Shown: piece by piece, positions 1 to 12,700 of the stretch
Position numbering within the stretch: the first letter of the stretch is position 1
Layout: each line of letters begins with the position of its first letter
Assembly (NCBI RefSeq): GCF_036971445.1
Contig: NC_091477.1
Location: 101,680,001-101,744,000, forward strand
Source: Narcine bancroftii
Taxonomy: Eukaryota
Direction: 5' to 3'
Length of the DNA: 64,000 nt
Position numbers and translations under genes: made by a program
Notes under the pieces: generated by a model
Database searches by the model: none
Seen by the model: only the letters and a program-made list of their open reading frames with translations
Told to the model about the DNA's origin: nothing

Positions 1-597
1 TTGCATAGTCTGGAAAAACTGCCATCACAGCACTACCATAACCCTGATGGTGCCAAATTATTGCTTTTACTATACCAGCTTCAATTTTGAGGGCACTGCT
101 TCTCTACTGCATCATTCAAGGCTCTGTGACCACCAAGGACCCACTGTTGGATTCCAGGATTCTTAAACTGAATGATTAACTGGTATGTATGACATTCCGG
201 ATGGGAATTGTAGGGAATGGGTTTATGCCGGCAAAATCCAGTCTGTGTTTTCTTCCTGACTAATTGTGGAAGACTTCCACTGAGCTCCATTCCTATCACA
301 AATCTCTTTAAGTTGCCAGCACACAAGTTTAGTGTTCCATGTTAAACAATACAATATTTTAATCAGAACTCTTGTTACCTCAACAAATTTCAATTTGTAC
401 ATCATCACAACTGGTCCACAGCACATGCTATTTTGAAGGCGCCCACCCCTCTGCTCGAGATCATCTGGATCAAAAGAAAACCTATGTTTTTCATTGACTA
501 CAGCTGAGCCATCCAAAGAAAGGAATCCGATGACTCTTTGTTCCTCTGCAATTAGATCCTTGACCCTCTTCATCTGAACCCAATCACTGTGGTTCAC

Positions 598-1460
598 AAT
601 ATCACATTCTCCTTGCTGACCATCAACACCAGGGGTGCCTCAAGGCTGCAAACCAAATGTGGCTCCAACGCAACTGAAAAATTCATTGTCGATACCAACG
701 CTGTTGGCCAAATAACTGAAAATGATGAGTCAGAATACAGAAAGATTGAGAATCTGGTTGGGTGATGCCAAAACAATCTTGTTCTCAATGTCACCAACAC
801 CAAAGAACTTATTTTGATTTTAGGAAGGGGAGGTAGAGGAGCCACAGATGGTGTGGGTTAGTATGTTCAAGTTCATGGGAGCCCAATATTGCAGAAGACC
901 TCACCTGAAGCCAGAACAACAATGCCACGCACTCAAAGCCCAAACACCTTAGAGTCTGAACAGATTTTGGATATTGTCGAATACTCAATCAAACTTTCCA
1001 CAGGTGCACTGTGGAAAGTATACTAACTCGTTTGCATCACAGCCTGGTTTGCTAATTTGTGTGTCTAGGAACACAGATGGTTGTAGAGGATAACAAACAT
1101 AGCCAGGACCATCATAGGCTCTGACCTTCCACCCTCTGAAGACACCTATGTGAGGCAATGCCTCAAGAAAGTAACCAAGATCTTAAAGGACTAACATTCC
1201 CCTGGTCAAAACCTCTTCTCAATGCAATAGAAGTACAGAAACATGAAGGTTTAAGAAGTTTTTTTTTCCAAATGGCAAGCAGGCTTTTGAACCTCTGCCT
1301 GTTACACTAATCAAGACTGCTCTGACATCACAAGAAGACTCTCTGCACTATGGTACCTCTTTTAACTTTATTTAATGTACACAGCTGAAGTTGTTTTTTT
1401 TAAATGAAGTACCTATTTGGCCTCAGCAAGCAAGAATTTTGGCCATATGTTCATTGTGTA
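598..1460 (+). mobile_element. Degenerate Rex1/Babar-type LINE 3' fragment
   Basis: Decayed RT motifs (LTINTG-PQG, NLVLNVTNTKELI-DFRK) and the same 3' layout as the other copies in the window; many stops. Confidence 0.7.
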
Positions 1461-1829
1461 TGACAAACTCACTATCATTTAAAATGTTCTTATACATTTG
1501 CGAAGGCGGGATTCAAAACAGGTAAATAAATTTAGTTAAATTGAGATAAATTAAATTAAGGAAACCACTCAGTACAATTGTAATGGCATGTAATCAAATG
1601 AAATAACAACATTGTATTTTCAAACCTAGTGGTAAGCATAACTGGTGTCACTAACTAATATCTTGCAGATTTTATTTGATCTAGCAAAAATTCACCAGCC
1701 CACCAGAATACTTCTATTATAGATTTGGATCAAAGAAGGATTTTGACATCTCTACTCTGCCAACACCACAAGAACATCACTGGCATGCTGAATAATCCTG
1801 TGTAGAAAATTTCAATTTATACGAAACCT

Positions 1830-2145
1830 TTAACAGAATATTCCAAAGTACTTTACAGCTAATAAACTGCTTTTGAAGTTAAATTACTGTTGTAAAGTAC
1901 AAAAAAAAGTGTTACAGACTGTGAACAGAAAGTTCCCACAAAAAAAAAGCCATATGATATGTTGAACAGATGATCAGTTTTGGCCAGAATATCAGAGATA
2001 ACCTCCCAACTCCACATCATAACAGTGCCAGATGTTTGCTGTTTCAGTGAAAAGTGAGCATCCTGACAGTGCAGCACACCGTCAACAGTATTGGCTTAGA
2101 TTTCTGTGCTGTGTCTCTGGAGCTCAACTCAGCCATTGTGTGTCA
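1830..2145 (-). mobile_element. Old SINE fragment, DeuSINE-like core
   Basis: gacagtgcagcac...tagatttctgtgct...tctctggag resembles the Deu-domain SINE core as recalled; a similar copy lies at 22520-22840. Confidence 0.45.
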
Positions 2146-2899
2146 AAGAATGGAACTAAAGTGAATTTTGCAAAAACTGAATCAAACATAAACTCTTCAC
2201 TAAGATTCAGAAAGAGGAACAAGTAATTCAACGAGTAACTGACTGCCATCCTTCGGATTGCAGTGCAGGGAAGCAAGTCAAAGAAGAGATGGAGTGCTAA
2301 TGAAAAAGTGACCATTACAGTTCTTTTTTTAAAAGACATGATATACATTGAGCTAAGATGACACAAGGCTCAAATGTAAGTGCGCATGTGTAAGACGGAC
2401 ATTTATGCATTGCATTTCCTTCACATCACCGTAGTTCTGAACAGCAAGATTTTTAAAACTGCTTTTTCATGATGTTAAACAGGCCACCTATCATTTATCC
2501 CATTGATACAAGCAGACAATAATTCAACAGTACTATATAAAGAAAATGATATCATGTCACTATCTGGCTAGTATTCTATTCTCACAACTCCAAAGAAAAA
2601 AATGATTAGCTGATTATTTCTCATTTTTCCTGAATGTAACCTTCCCTTCTCAGTTAAGTCACTAAATGTGGAAAAAGCCACTGAAGCCACCACACGAGTG
2701 CAACGGTAACAAAAGCAAGGCAAGCATCCTGAATGATACTTAAACATTACTAAAACAGCAATGCTATCAACCTCCTTGTCTGAAAGCATTGGCTCCTTAT
2801 AACAATTTACTTCCATTTCGATGGACCTCCTCCTCGCTGGGGCCTCAAGGCTGTAAGCTAAGTTCTCCATTCTATTCTGTAGATACCCACAAATGCTTA

Positions 2900-3810
2900 G
2901 CCTATTTCATCTCCAACACAAATTTGCTGACAACTCCACCATTGTTGGTCAAATAACAGGTAATAAAAGGTCAAGAGTATAGGATGGAGATTGAGAATCA
3001 GGTTGTATAGTGTCAGATCTAAAAATTGCTCTCAGTGTGTAGGACCAAAAAGCTGATTGTGGACTTTAGGAAGGGGAACCCAAGGAACCTTTCACCTTTC
3101 CTCAATGGGAGGACAGTAGTGAAGAAAGTTAGCAGATTCATGTTCCTTCTTTTCAGGCTAGCACATCAAGGCAACCATGAAGAAGAAGAAGGCACACTAA
3201 TGCCTCTACTTTCCAAGAAACCAGAGACGATTCAGCATGCTGTTGAATACTGTATGCGTACACTTCTATAGGCGTACTGTGAAAGGAATATTGACTGGAA
3301 ACTTCAGTGCCGTGGAATGCGGAAATAAGTAGCAAACCTAGCCAAGTCCATTGTGGGCACAAATCTCCACATGAGGCATCAACATGATGGCATCTACATT
3401 AAATGCTGCCTCAAGAATACAGCCAACATTGCAAAAGTCTCCCACTATCCTGGCTATGTTCTCTTCTTGCTGCTCCCTTCATGAAGTCTGGCACCTCTAG
3501 TTTCAAGAACAGATCTTCTCCAACAGATGTCAGTCTCTTGAACTTCCCCATACTAGTCTAACAACAACATTATAACACTTCTCCAAGACCACCAAAGATC
3601 TGTCTGCACCACCATCAGAACAGTTTTGCATTACCAACCAAATGTAAATATCTATTTTTTTCTTTGTTCACTTATACATTTTCTTCCTTTCTTTTACATT
3701 TTTTTGTCTCTGTGGCATCATTATATATTATGCATTTGGAAAGTTGCAGCATGAACAACTTCCATTGCATCCCACAATGTACTTATGTATAAGACTTAAT
3801 TCACTCATTT
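2900..3810 (+). mobile_element. Degenerate Rex1/Babar-type LINE 3' fragment
   Basis: KFADNSTIVGQI and KTKKLIVDFRK motifs; ORF track 3026-3271. Confidence 0.7.
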
Positions 3811-4069
3811 ATTTACCATTCATTCACAGATTCATTCAGAGTTAAACATCACAGAAATAGGCCCCTCAGCCCAATTTGTTCAAAGCAATCAAGATACCAA
3901 TCTACACTGATCCTTTTGTAAAAGTTGTTCTTACGCAGGTGATCAGAGAACGGGTATTTTCTGCATTTACAACAATTTCAAATGAATTTGAATTGTCAAT
4001 TAAATTGACAATTCAAAAATGAGAAAACTTCACCATTGCATGTTATTAAACATCTGAGGGCTACACACT

Positions 4070-5130
4070 GATGCCACTAGGAGAGCTGCTGCCTCAATGC
4101 TCCGATGATTTTGGTTCATTCTTGACCTCTACTGTCTGCAGAGTTTACACTTCTCTCTACAATTGTTTATTGTGATTCTCCAGTTTCTTTCCACATCCCA
4201 AGACTTGAAGGTTGCTAGGTTAATTGGCCACTATATATTGGTCTCATGTGTATAGAGGGTTTTTATGCACAAAAGCCACGTTATCGCCTGCTCGCGTTTC
4301 AAAAAAAAGAGACAAATTTACCATTTATGCTGCAAACTGAAAAGGCAGATTGCACAGTCCTTTTGCGCAGCCCAGAGCAATGTCCCAGCTTCCCAGGCCA
4401 AAAGGGGGTGAGATGTATAGCACAGCAGCACCCACCCTGTGACAGCCCCACTCCTTTCCTCCTCCATTCCCCTCCCTCTCTCTTCCTTTCCCCCTTTCCT
4501 CTTACCCAATCTCCCCCCATCAGCCCCACACCGATCCCACTGCCCCGCTCCATCCTGACAGCCCCACCTTCCCATTGCCTGACAGCCTCGCTATTGAGAA
4601 CCCCGCCATCCCACTCCCTTCCTCCTCCATTCCCCTCCCTTCCTCATTCCTCTTGCCCCATCTCCCCTCTATTAGCCCCACACCGATCCCGCTGTCCCTG
4701 TGCCTGACAGGCCCGTCACCCCGCTGCCTAACAGTCCTATCAGACGCGGGGCAGCATGGAGGCACACAGACTGAGAGCTCCACCGTCCACTCTGTGCCAG
4801 CACAATGGGGCAACGGGGCTGTCAGTGTGATGTCGACCATCTTACCCTCCTGTCTGGAGCCATTTTCAGTGGCAATCCTTTTACGCAGAAGGTGGAGTGT
4901 CTTCATTCCACCCCTGACCCTACCACCATTGGTGGTGATTGGATCGCCAATCCACCTTTGGACCTTTTATGCAGGTAAGTGGAGCGTCTTAAAGGCAGGG
5001 GAAACCTGCCTTTTATAGCTAATGTTCACTATAAAAGGGCCTTATGAGTGGTAGAATGTGGGGAAGTTGATGGAAGTGTCAGGACAATATAAAAAGGATT
5101 AGTGCAAATAGGTGGCTAATAGGTTTCTCG
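4070..5130 (+). mobile_element. V-SINE-like element split by a ~790-bp insert (4256-5043)
   Basis: gctgctgcctca...ctccagtttctttccacatccca...aggttaattggccac before 4255; SINE-like sequence resumes at 5044 (tgagtggtagaatgtgggg). Confidence 0.55.
4256..5043. mobile_element. Non-autonomous DNA-transposon-like insert with an internal C-rich duplication
   Basis: Imperfect terminal inverted match (agggtttttatg / tataaaagggcct); agccccacaccgatccc unit occurs at ~4522 and ~4674. Confidence 0.4.
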
Positions 5131-5639
5131 CCCCAACACATTGTGATGATGGTCCTTATTCATTTTGAATAAAAGAGACGCTGTCTATTCAGCAACACCT
5201 CAAAGGGAAAGGAAAAGTAGAGTAATAAATTCAGTTGACAGATCTACCAGCAAATCAGGAATAAGAAATGGTCAGAGGTACAACCATCCAACTTGGTGAG
5301 AATAGAGAGAGAAAAAGGAAAAAAAACACTAAGTAATCATCCAGTCAGCTATAACAGGGAAGGAAGTATGCCTAATGAGAGGAAACAAGAGTCATCTGAA
5401 TCCCAGAACTAGTCAAGATCAGGAACCTGCCCAGGAAAAGATCAATTGAAAAGTGTGGATTTTTTTTTTAAACTTTTCTTATTCTCAAGAAAGACTGTAG
5501 TATCTGCATGTATTAAACAAAGAAGATCAACGATCAATTTCAATCCATAGAATTATGAAAGTGTTAGCTGATCAGTCTTGGGTAAATTATCCTAATTTTA
5601 ATCATAAGGTTCCACGTTTATGGTACTGAAACCCAAGAG

Positions 5640-5825
5640 CCTGCAAATCCTGGAATCTTGAGTGAAGGAAAGGCTGGAAGGACTCAGCAGGTCAGACAGC
5701 ATCCTTGAAGAGAAATGGCCAGTTAACACTTTGTCAATCCTGACCCAAAACATTTGTCTCTGCAAAGGATCCCAACCTGACCTGCTAAGCCCCTCCAGCT
5801 TCCCTTTGTTTAATTCTGCAATATG
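5640..5825. mobile_element. Penelope-like terminal remnant in inverted (hairpin) arrangement
   Basis: gctggaaggactcagcaggtcag faces ctgacctgctaagcccctccagc. Confidence 0.55.
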
Positions 5826-6273
5826 CTCTAGTGCACATTTCTGCTGAGTGAAACCAAGGGCAACTGCTCTAATAATACCCCAGTTTCAGAAACTAAGGTA
5901 GAACAAAGTTTTTAATGTTTAGACTGGATTTATTTTATATTGGGCGACTTCTATGGTTACAGGAAGTAAAACTTGTAAATAAGAAAATCTGAAATATAAT
6001 TCAACAAGTAATGCTGTTATATATGGTTAAATTATATCAATTCCCAAAGAATTTAAAATGTTTATTTCTTGGTTCTATGTGAACTTTCTTGTTACCTACA
6101 ATCCCAGTTAAGGGACCATGAAACTCAGTTTCCACCCACATAATTAAACATTTCAATTTTGGGGATTTTTTTTAAATTTAAGTTAACTACTGAAGAATTT
6201 TGTTATCCATTAATACTTTCACCAAAGTAATTCAACAGGATCTAACAGTGAAATATGTCCTCTATTGTCTTAC

Positions 6274-7141
6274 TTTGCACATGGTCAGTATTGGCTTTCT
6301 CCAAATGAGTAGGTTCCAAGTCCTGAAGTGCAGCACCTTTGTTGACCAGGCAAACTCCACCTGAACAATGTGTTACATCCGAGCATACATCAGTTTTACC
6401 CTTGCTCTTTCTTCGATTTCTCTTTTTATTATTCTGCATAACCATCTCATTAATCATCTGTACATCATGTTCAGTTCTCACTGTACCAACTCTTTGAATA
6501 CAATTGTCCAAAGATTCCTTAAGCTGTGGCAATGCAAATTGAAAGCAATGATTATCAGTACTTGTCGCTGATTTTGCTAATTCTTTGTGACTCTCCTCAA
6601 GTGTCTTTGGATGCAAAGATGAAGACTTTCCTTCTTTGAATATTACTTCATTTCCAAACTCAGGACTTCCACCCTGGCTGCTGGTGGTATCTCTTTGCTT
6701 GGTTTGCTTTTGCTTTGTCAATCTGAGCTGCTGTTTCTTCTGAGAGTCTGGCATGACAATCTCATCAGCATCGCCAGTGTTTTCCACATTATTAAGAGAC
6801 ATGTTTGGAAATAGGGAAGCATAGTCAATATCCACAGCTGATGGAGAGTGACTGTGTTTTGTATTTCCTCCCAGACTTTGTTGATAATTATTAATATCCT
6901 TTTGTTGCTCCACATCTGCGACTGAAGGACTTTCATCAGCCTCGGCAGTAGTTCCACTTCCATCATTTCTGTCAATATGATTAACCAGATGAGAAAAACG
7001 GTTTAGATATGCTCTAAACCTACCACTGCAGTGCTGGTTTACCAGCTTAGAATAAGCATTTTTTGGTGTACCGTAAGTCTTGCCACAATATCTTGCATCG
7101 TAAGAAGAATGCTCTTCCTTTGTTTGTCCTGAATGATCCAT
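6274..7141 (-). CDS. DIS3L2: Probable first coding exon of DIS3-like exonuclease 2 (289 codons + 1 nt, long low-complexity N-terminus)
   Basis: Open 299-codon frame. Acceptor tttttgcag at 7180-7181 (exon starts 7179), in-frame stop just upstream of ATG 7141, donor AAA|gtaaga after 6274 (phase 1). Head-to-head with NPPC, same strand as COPS7B, as for DIS3L2 in other gnathostomes. The KNAYSKLVNQHCSGRFRAYL motif recalls fish DIS3L2 N-termini (from memory). No catalytic exon is in the window. Confidence 0.7.
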
Positions 7142-7269
7142 TTGGTGACGTTAATAGTCATAAAAGACACCAAATAAAGCTGCAAAAACATATATAAATA
7201 TAAAAACTCATGTTAGATATAGCATTAGCATTATCCATAAAATTAAACATTTGGTATTTAAAAGTTTTT

Positions 7270-8040
7270 AAATAATTCACCAAAGAATGGAAGCGCTGCC
7301 AGAGCTACTGCAACAGCAGCCCTGTTCCTGGTGCAGACACAGGGTTCTACCACCCAGTCTTACTGCCGACGGCCTGTTAAATGAATCAAAAGGGTTTTAT
7401 TTTAAAAATCCTGTGACCACGGCGCCTGTATTCAGTATCAGGCTCAAAGGGTCGCAGACTCTGGGGTAAGCAGCGGACTGGCGGAGGGCACCAGTAATGG
7501 GGAGAATACCTCACATTGAAAAGGAGAAGCACAGGAAATGACCCGAAGGACAGTGACCATGGCAGCAGTCCAGCGAGGGGCTCCGCTGCTGAAGGCAGCG
7601 AGCTGTTGGAGACTTTGTCGGCAATGAAGCCACACAGTCTGCATGCTGCTGACCACTTGAGTTCAAAAGACTCACACAAGGCTGCTGGAGACGAGCTCAT
7701 GAGAACTAGGTATTGGAATTGGGATTCAAAAGGACGACAAGAAGGACTCCTGAAGGCCCCAGGGTGGTGAAGACTTCTTCATCATGTTGGACATTTGGAT
7801 CTGGAGCTTGGGTTGGAGATGGTTTGAAATGAATTGGAATCTTGTACTGCTGCAGAAGCACTGGAAGCAAATCCTAGACACACGGTGACTTTAAGGGGAT
7901 TCTCTTTTGCTTCTCTTTCTCTGATTATAAGGGGTGCAAAGCAATGCTACTGGTAATCTTTGTCTGCCTTATAATAGACTAAAGGCAATTTTGAGAAATA
8001 TTATACCTCTGTTTTATTACATGCTGATAAATAGTATCTG
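7270..8040 (+). repeat. Unclassified interspersed repeat with a LINE-like 3' tail
   Basis: GC-richer, CpG-decayed body ending in tgtctgcctta...ttattacatgctgataaa, similar to Rex-type tails. Confidence 0.35.
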
Positions 8041-8254
8041 ATCATGTTAAAATAGTTCAATACAACAATGCCATTTTATTCAATACATAATCATGTTGAT
8101 TCAAAATATCTTGGCTTTGAAAATGTGCATCTTTTGTTTTGTGATGTTTGTAACACATTTCTAAAGTCAAGGCAATAAGGATCATTGACAAAACCTGCTC
8201 TTTTCAAACTAAATTCAAAATTCAAAGGCAGTCTAATAAAGAAGGAACATGGGT

Positions 8255-9700
8255 ATATACACGACACAGATGTTGGAATCTGGAGCAACAATTAATCTGC
8301 TGGAGGAACTCAGTGGGTTGAACATCATCAGTGAGAGAAAAAGAATTGTTGCCTTTTTGGGCCAGAACCCTTTATATTCTTCATCAAGACAAAGTCCAGA
8401 TGGGAGATAGTAATAATATAGACAAGGGAGGGGGGGGGGGGGTAGGGTTGGGCAGGGAATGGTGGACATAGGTGACCTATTTGGAGGGGTGTAGCATGGC
8501 AGACAGAGGCAATTGATTGACAGGTGCCAGACAAGAATCAAGAGGGCAAAATGGATAGGGAGGAAAATGTCATACAGTGTGGAGCAGAATGATGAGCAGA
8601 GACAGAGGCTGCCAGTACTAGCATCTGATGAGAAGGTGAGAATAGTGCTATTATGAAAGCAGATGGGAAGACCTAGTCCTAAAAAGGAGAGGGGAAAAAA
8701 TCCAGAGGAAATGTGGATGGAAGAGGATGGAACAAGAGAGAGAGAGGGGTATGAGAATGGGTTTGGGAGCTGGGGTAATGGGGAAAGTACTGACATAGGT
8801 GGGAAGGGTGAGAAGACTCATTACCTGAAATTAGAAAATACCACTGGACTGTAGACTAGTGAGGTGGAATATGAGGTGTTGTTTCTCTTGTTTGTCATGT
8901 GTCCAATCTAGCAATGGAGAAGGCCAAGGCTAGATATGTCAATTTGGGAATGGTGGGGGTGTGGGGGGGTAGTTGAATTGAAGGAAACTAAGATGCTGGG
9001 ATGGTCATTGTTGATGGGAGTGCAGATGTTCTGCGGAACGTTACCCATGTCTCCACTTGGTTCCATCCATGTCATGTTGGGAGCACCAGGTAGGGTTATC
9101 TAAACTATTTCTGACACTTCTCCCCATTTCTAGATCTCCATTTCTCCATCTCAAGAGACAAGCTATATACTAATATTTACTGCATTTTTGCTTCTAAGGC
9201 TGCTACTCCTCCCATCTGTCACCTGCCATTCCTTTCTCCTCATTTCATTGTTTCCACTCTCAAGATGAGGCTCTCCATTCCAGGATGTGTGAATTACACT
9301 GCTTTTTTTAAAAAAAGGATTGTGGCTTACTTTCCCCTATAGTCAATACAGAAAGGGAAGCCAGATTCCCCACCATCACCAATCACATCTATCCACTCCC
9401 CACTCATTTCCACTCCCTTCATGACTCATTTGTCCACTCATCCCTCACCACTATGGCTGAAACCATAGGAGTTTCAACAATTGCTCTTTTACCTTCTCCC
9501 TCACCACCACCCAGAGACAGAAACAACCTTTCCAGATGAGATAAAGATTCACATGCACCTCCTCTAACTTCATCTACTGCATTCAGTCCTCCCAATTGGC
9601 CTCCTTGACATCTGTGAAACCAAACACTCTCTTGAGGACTTTCACAAAGCATCTGCACTCTATCTATGATGGCTATCTTGAGCCAGTTGCCCCAATGAAT
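8255..9700. mobile_element. Penelope-like element relic (two oppositely oriented parts)
   Basis: gctggaggaactcag terminal motif, purine-rich tract, and a GIY-YIG-like decayed segment near 9550-9690. Confidence 0.55.
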
Positions 9701-11400
9701 TCATCCAACAATTGGTTTCTTGGTTAAAAATGATAATATTGATTCCCCTGAACTTGGTCATTTTAATATTGATATCTTGTGTTTGTAACAGCTCCCGGTG
9801 TATTGCAATGGGTAGCAGTGGAGGACTTAGTAGTCAAAATGGGAGCTGGATATCTGAAAATATTTGCAAGGCAATGGAGAGAGGGCAATTTACTCAATAT
9901 GCCAAATGGTCTCCAGTACCTGCATGTTAACTTTCTGTAAATCATATGCAAGGATATTCAGGTCACCAAATACCATCATCTCCCATTCTAACATTCAAAA
10001 CATATTTGGCTTCTCTATTTACCTTTGAAACTGCATAATTTCAAGATCTGTTACTCCATCTGCCATATTCTTCCTTGCTCAAATTTAGTTGCATCTCTTT
10101 TCAATCTTCTTGTTTATGGTTTACTTATGCACCTAAAATCATATAGGAAACAGAATTCATAGGATGGTGTTTATTCTCTGCAAGACCAGAGCACCTGACA
10201 CAGTTCCTTATCGAGACTGCTTGAGTACCCAGGGAAAGTTACAAAGAACTATCCTGGGCATATGAATCACTTGAATCAAAATAAGACCCACAAGAACAAC
10301 TGATTTACCCTTCACTTTACCTTAATTCAACTCCAACCACACAATCCCACCTCTCTGACCATGTACAACCCCAGAGTAACCAAAGATCAGGAAACATGTG
10401 TCTAAACTGCAGTCAAATCAAATAATTGAAGATAGGCCGCAACCTATCAAAAGACAACAGACTCCAAGGTAATAGAGTTTACCAGCAACTCAAAGCAAGG
10501 TAACATCAACTCATCTTAAGTAGCACTGGACAATTTTAATGCTGCTGTGGATATGAAACCCAGCAAATGTTTTAAAATTTATTTTCAACTTTATGTTGCA
10601 TTCACTGAAGCAAAGAAAACTTCTGATAGAAAAATGAAGCAATTCAGCACATTGTTCTGTGTTGAACAAATAAAAGATACCTAACCTAATTCCATCTATC
10701 ATGTTTGATCCATAACCTGCAGGTCAAATTTCTTAAAGCATGCAAGATGAAGTTAAATGTGAAGAGGGCATCTATCTCCTACTCTTTCAGATATTAAATT
10801 CCATACCCAAAGCATCCTCCTGGGAAAACATTTTTTTCCCCTTATCTTCTCTCCACTCTTTTCAATCACTTCAGACATATGCCCAATTTTTGACCCTGTG
10901 ACGGGAAACACAAAACTATGGAGGACCCACATTTTATACGCATAATGTTGTCTACCCCCAACCTCATCATTTCCAAAGAAATTAGCAACAGCTAATCTAA
11001 TTTTTACTTCATAATTACAATTTTGCAGTCAGGGCAACATCCTCAAATTTGCACCCTTACCAGCAGAATTGTCGTAATACAGGGATAAGAGCTGTTCATT
11101 GTACTGGAGTTCGACAAGCATGACCTATCCTTAATAAAATTTTGCTGGCTATTCAATAGCTTTCAAAGTGAAAGTTGACATTGTCTTATAAAAGACAAAA
11201 TCTGCAGATGCCATAAATCTGAAATAAAGTGCTACAAGAGAATGGAAAAAAAAATCAGACAGCATCTGCAGAGAGAATCATCTGGGGCCTTTCAATAGAA
11301 CTGGAAAAGCAAGAAACAGACTACCTGATCTGCAGAGTTTTCCCAACGCTTTTTTTAAAATTTGGATTCTTAGATTTCAGCTGCAAATACATTTCAACAT

Positions 11401-11641
11401 TGTGATAGTACAGATCTATCACCAATATACACAGTGTATATAGTTACAGTATCTAGACTGTGCTTACAGCAATTGGCTGAGAGCTAAGCCACGCTTACTG
11501 TCTGGGCCTTAAAGGGTTGTGTCCCTAGCCAGGTCGGATCATTCCAGACTGGTCGGCCACCTGTGAAGAGCTCCTGTCTTTTGCTGATAAAAGCCTTGGT
11601 TTGGATCAACAAGTCTTTGATTCTTTCGACGAGCTCTACCA
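11401..11641 (+). mobile_element. Solo LTR (Gypsy-like), 241 bp
   Basis: TG...CA ends; flanking duplication ACAT at 11397-11400 and 11642-11645; TATA-like cttaaag and polyA-like gataaaa inside. Confidence 0.75.
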
Positions 11642-11939
11642 ACATCTATCTAATTGTTCAGTCATTGACTTTCAATAGGGCTGTATGCAAATAAACTGAT
11701 TTGGATGTGCTACTTTCTATTTTTATGTTACAAATGACATGGTCCTCCAAGTTTATTTTGCACTGTCAAACCAATTTGTTCAACATCTCCCTGAAGCAGG
11801 AACACGACTGGCATGGCATCACAATATGAAAGAGAACATATTTCCAGAGACTTTTGTCAAGTGCACGTTCATTTCCTAAAGGAGGGCTTGAACAAAGTCA
11901 CGGAACTGAACCCCTGACACATGATTAACTTTCGGTGAC

Positions 11940-12700
11940 AAGGGTGGAGAAGGACGTTTCGACCAGCGGTCCACGTTTCAGTCTGGAGGGCAGGGATGGG
12001 AATCCAGGACCGGGCCGGTGTCAGGCCGCAGCACCAGCTCTTCCTCCCGGGCCTCTTGAATGATGCGACATCCCTTCATCTGGGCTGCAGAACAAACAGC
12101 CGGAGGCCGGGCAATGGAGGCCGCGCGGCCCGGGCCCGACCTCCGCCTCTCCATCCCCCGAGCACAACCCCCCACTACGACTTGCGGCTCCTCCAACTTA
12201 CACGGGACGCAGCGGCCGCACCGCCTTCCAACGGCTCTCCAATCGCGTCCACCTCGAGACACCATCCGGGACATGTGGAAGCGGAAGGGAATGGGAGGCG
12301 AGCCCGATGCATTGTGGGAACCATGTTCCTTTCTCGTGGTCACCCCGGTGCCTTGAACAATAAGGGCGCTCGGGCCATGCGGACCGAGGGATACTTTCTC
12401 GTGGTGTGGCAATTAACCCTCATGTTGCCGCATTGTTTCCGAGGTGATTGTTGGGATGTTCAAGGCCGCCTTAGTTACATTATTCAAGAGGTCGAATTAT
12501 TTTGACAACGACCAATCATTGGCGCCACCTTGGACAGCAACTGCCTGGACGATCAAGCGGCCAATAGGCGTGGCGGCATCAAAATAAATATGAGCTTTGG
12601 ACAGGACATGCGATAGGTGCTAATAGAGGGAAACGTTACCAATGGCCTTCCTTTACGTCATCCCAGCGATTTCCTCCTTCATTTTTGGAAATGCATAAAT
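11940..12700 (-). promoter_or_regulatory. CpG-island promoter, probably of DIS3L2
   Basis: High GC and CpG; CCAAT at 12512, 12561 and 12639; tandem ETS-like GGAAGCGGAAG at ~12277; GC-box-like ggcgtggc; CRE-like TTACGTCA at 12653-12660. Confidence 0.75.
12202..12290 (-). other. DIS3L2: Candidate non-coding exon 1 of DIS3L2 (5' limit uncertain)
   Basis: Consensus donor gtaagt on the minus strand at 12201-12196 inside the CpG island. Confidence 0.55.

Noticed and set aside
1-597. Two overlapping minus-strand ORFs (124 and 81 aa) as possible DIS3L2 exons or an integrase relic
   Set aside because: No recognisable DIS3L2 motif and only a vague likeness to transposase motifs; cannot be assigned without a blastx search
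4246-5018. Pro/Ser-rich and Gly/Arg-rich ORFs
   Set aside because: Translations of a C-rich low-complexity repeat insert
6242-6273. Treating the 299-aa ORF as a single-exon gene
   Set aside because: A good donor at 6273 and an upstream acceptor indicate an internal exon; the last codons are intron read-through
8233-8796. 187-aa hydrophobic ORF
   Set aside because: Pyrimidine-rich strand of a Penelope-like purine tract; the same artefact occurs at 44479-44787
11978-12505. 144-169 aa ORFs on both strands
   Set aside because: Expected stop-codon scarcity in a GC-rich island; no domain motifs
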